From the NCBI GenBank assembly GCA_965649765.1, contig OZ287749.1:1550001-1614000 (forward strand): 64,000 nucleotides of DNA, in the 5' to 3' direction. The translations under genes were made by a program, and so were the position numbers. The notes under the pieces were generated by a model. That model ran no database searches, had not been told where the DNA came from, and saw nothing but the letters and a program-made list of their open reading frames with translations. The stretch is from Bispira polyomma. Lineage: Eukaryota. Below are positions 62,659-64,000 of the stretch, piece after piece (the stretch's first letter is position 1; every line of letters begins with the position of its first letter).

Positions 62659-62870
62659 GTCTGAATGCTATTCTAGCCCTAGTTGGTTTGTCTGAATGCT
62701 ATTCTAACCCTAGTTGGTTTGTCTGAATGCTATTCTAGCCCTAGTTGGTTTGTCTGAATGCTATTCTAGCCCTAGTTGGTTTGTCTGAATGCTATTCTAG
62801 CCCTAGTTGGTTTGTCTGAGTGCTATCCCTAACCTAGTTAGTTTGTCCGAATGCTATCCCAGACCTAGTT
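62659..62870. repeat. 31-bp minisatellite, ~6.5 copies
   Basis: Unit gtctgaatgctattctagccctagttggttt. Confidence 0.93.
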
Positions 62871-63005
62871 AGTTGAATCACCACATGTGTCGCTCCTTCT
62901 TTTAACATACACTGGCATTAATTTGTGGACTTCTCTATTGGGTTCATTGATTATGTTGTTCGGCTTTAGAAGATGCCTTGCATCAATAAAGCGTGCTACA
63001 AAAAT
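62871..63005 (+). mobile_element. L2/CR1 LINE 3' UTR remnant
   Basis: gctttagaagatgccttgcatcaataaagc is nearly identical to the 47608-47641 stem-loop. Confidence 0.7.
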
Positions 63006-64000
63006 GTAATACACTGCAAATACTAGGTTAAGAGTGACACTAATGGTTTTCAAAACAACCAAGATAGGTATTAAACAAAGCTCGCTGTGGTACCAGAAAA
63101 GGACATAATATTACATTTTTAAAGAGGTATACCAAGTAAAGGTGTAATACAATAGAAGATTTGTGCCAATTATTTATTAGTGACTAGCGTGTGTTTAATC
63201 TACAATTTATATTTACAGTTTCAGCTGGATAGGTAGGGGGCATAAGGTCATCTTAAAATCAGCTAGCTTGAAATAGGGTGCCCTAACCAAACCACTGTTA
63301 AGTGAACATATCCCCAGGTTACCAGTTTTACGAAAGCAAAAAAACATTGTTTGCAACAGGTTTAATGAGGTTATTCTAGCTCCGGGGTCGCATAATTATT
63401 AATTTAGAAATGTAAATTATTAATTTAGAAGTTAGGCTAATTTTTATCAATTTTAATTTCAATTAATTTTAATGTCAATTTTAAAATTTTCTGTCTGACC
63501 ATTAATTATATTCATGATTTAATCTGACAACTAAGATAAACTTATATTTTTTTGTACTGTAATCCAAAGCAAGAATATTTTCCCACAGAAACAAAACACC
63601 TGGCTTCAAACCGGTGACCGTCCTTGGAGATGAGAGAATTGTAGAGAAAATTCTTTGGATGTTTTAGAATATTTGGGCTGGTATTCTCGAAATAAACTCT
63701 AAATACACTCCTACTCAACTCAAACACAGGCTCTGTGGAAAAACCTATACATGGAAATAACCTAGACTTGTGACAAGTCATTTTAATAAAGCTTTTAACA
63801 CTGAATTCGAATTAGAGTCAGATTTTAGACAGGTTTAATTTATCCAGAGTTCTAGACCATCCAGTCAGTGCAATGATGCTTGTTGATTTTCAGTTTGAAA
63901 TATACGACTCTGGTTATTATGCTTCTTTTATAGGGGCGTTTAAAGAGGCTAAATTCATGGGTTTTTACCGTAGCTTCTTCCAAATTGGACAACATAGATT

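Overview
AT-rich (~35% GC by eye) animal genomic DNA, probably a marine invertebrate (lophotrochozoan-like SINE, LINE and MITE repertoire; inference), dominated by transposable elements. The left half holds three divergent, partly decayed tyrosine-recombinase (YR) retrotransposons of Ngaro-like organisation (gag - RT/RNase H - YR, no methyltransferase, direct terminal repeat in copy 1): E1 (<1-5465, -), E2 (~13440-18933, -, the most intact) and E3 (26589-~30200, +, RT deleted). Reading them by hand shows a shared expression architecture. A phase-1 splice donor at the homologous position inside gag and a phase-1 acceptor immediately after the RNase H stop codon join the Gag N-terminal half in frame to the YR, whose ORF has no upstream ATG. 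Gag-Pol appears to be made by UAG read-through in E1 and E2 but by a -1 frameshift cassette in E3. All three share a CCAAT / E2F-like / YY1-like 5' motif array. Host genes: a 4-coding-exon type II membrane DUF1647 (glycosyltransferase-like) gene (-, 31070-8853) whose 18 kb first intron contains E2, E3 and nested LINEs; a single-coding-exon NHL beta-propeller gene (-); and a small 2-TM protein gene (+). Also present are a solo LTR with TSD, Gypsy and Harbinger remnants, Tx1/L1 and L2/CR1 LINE fragments, tRNA-derived SINEs, MITEs, a 77-bp satellite with higher-order structure, and 147-, 20- and 31-bp tandem arrays. All family assignments come from motif recognition, not database searches.
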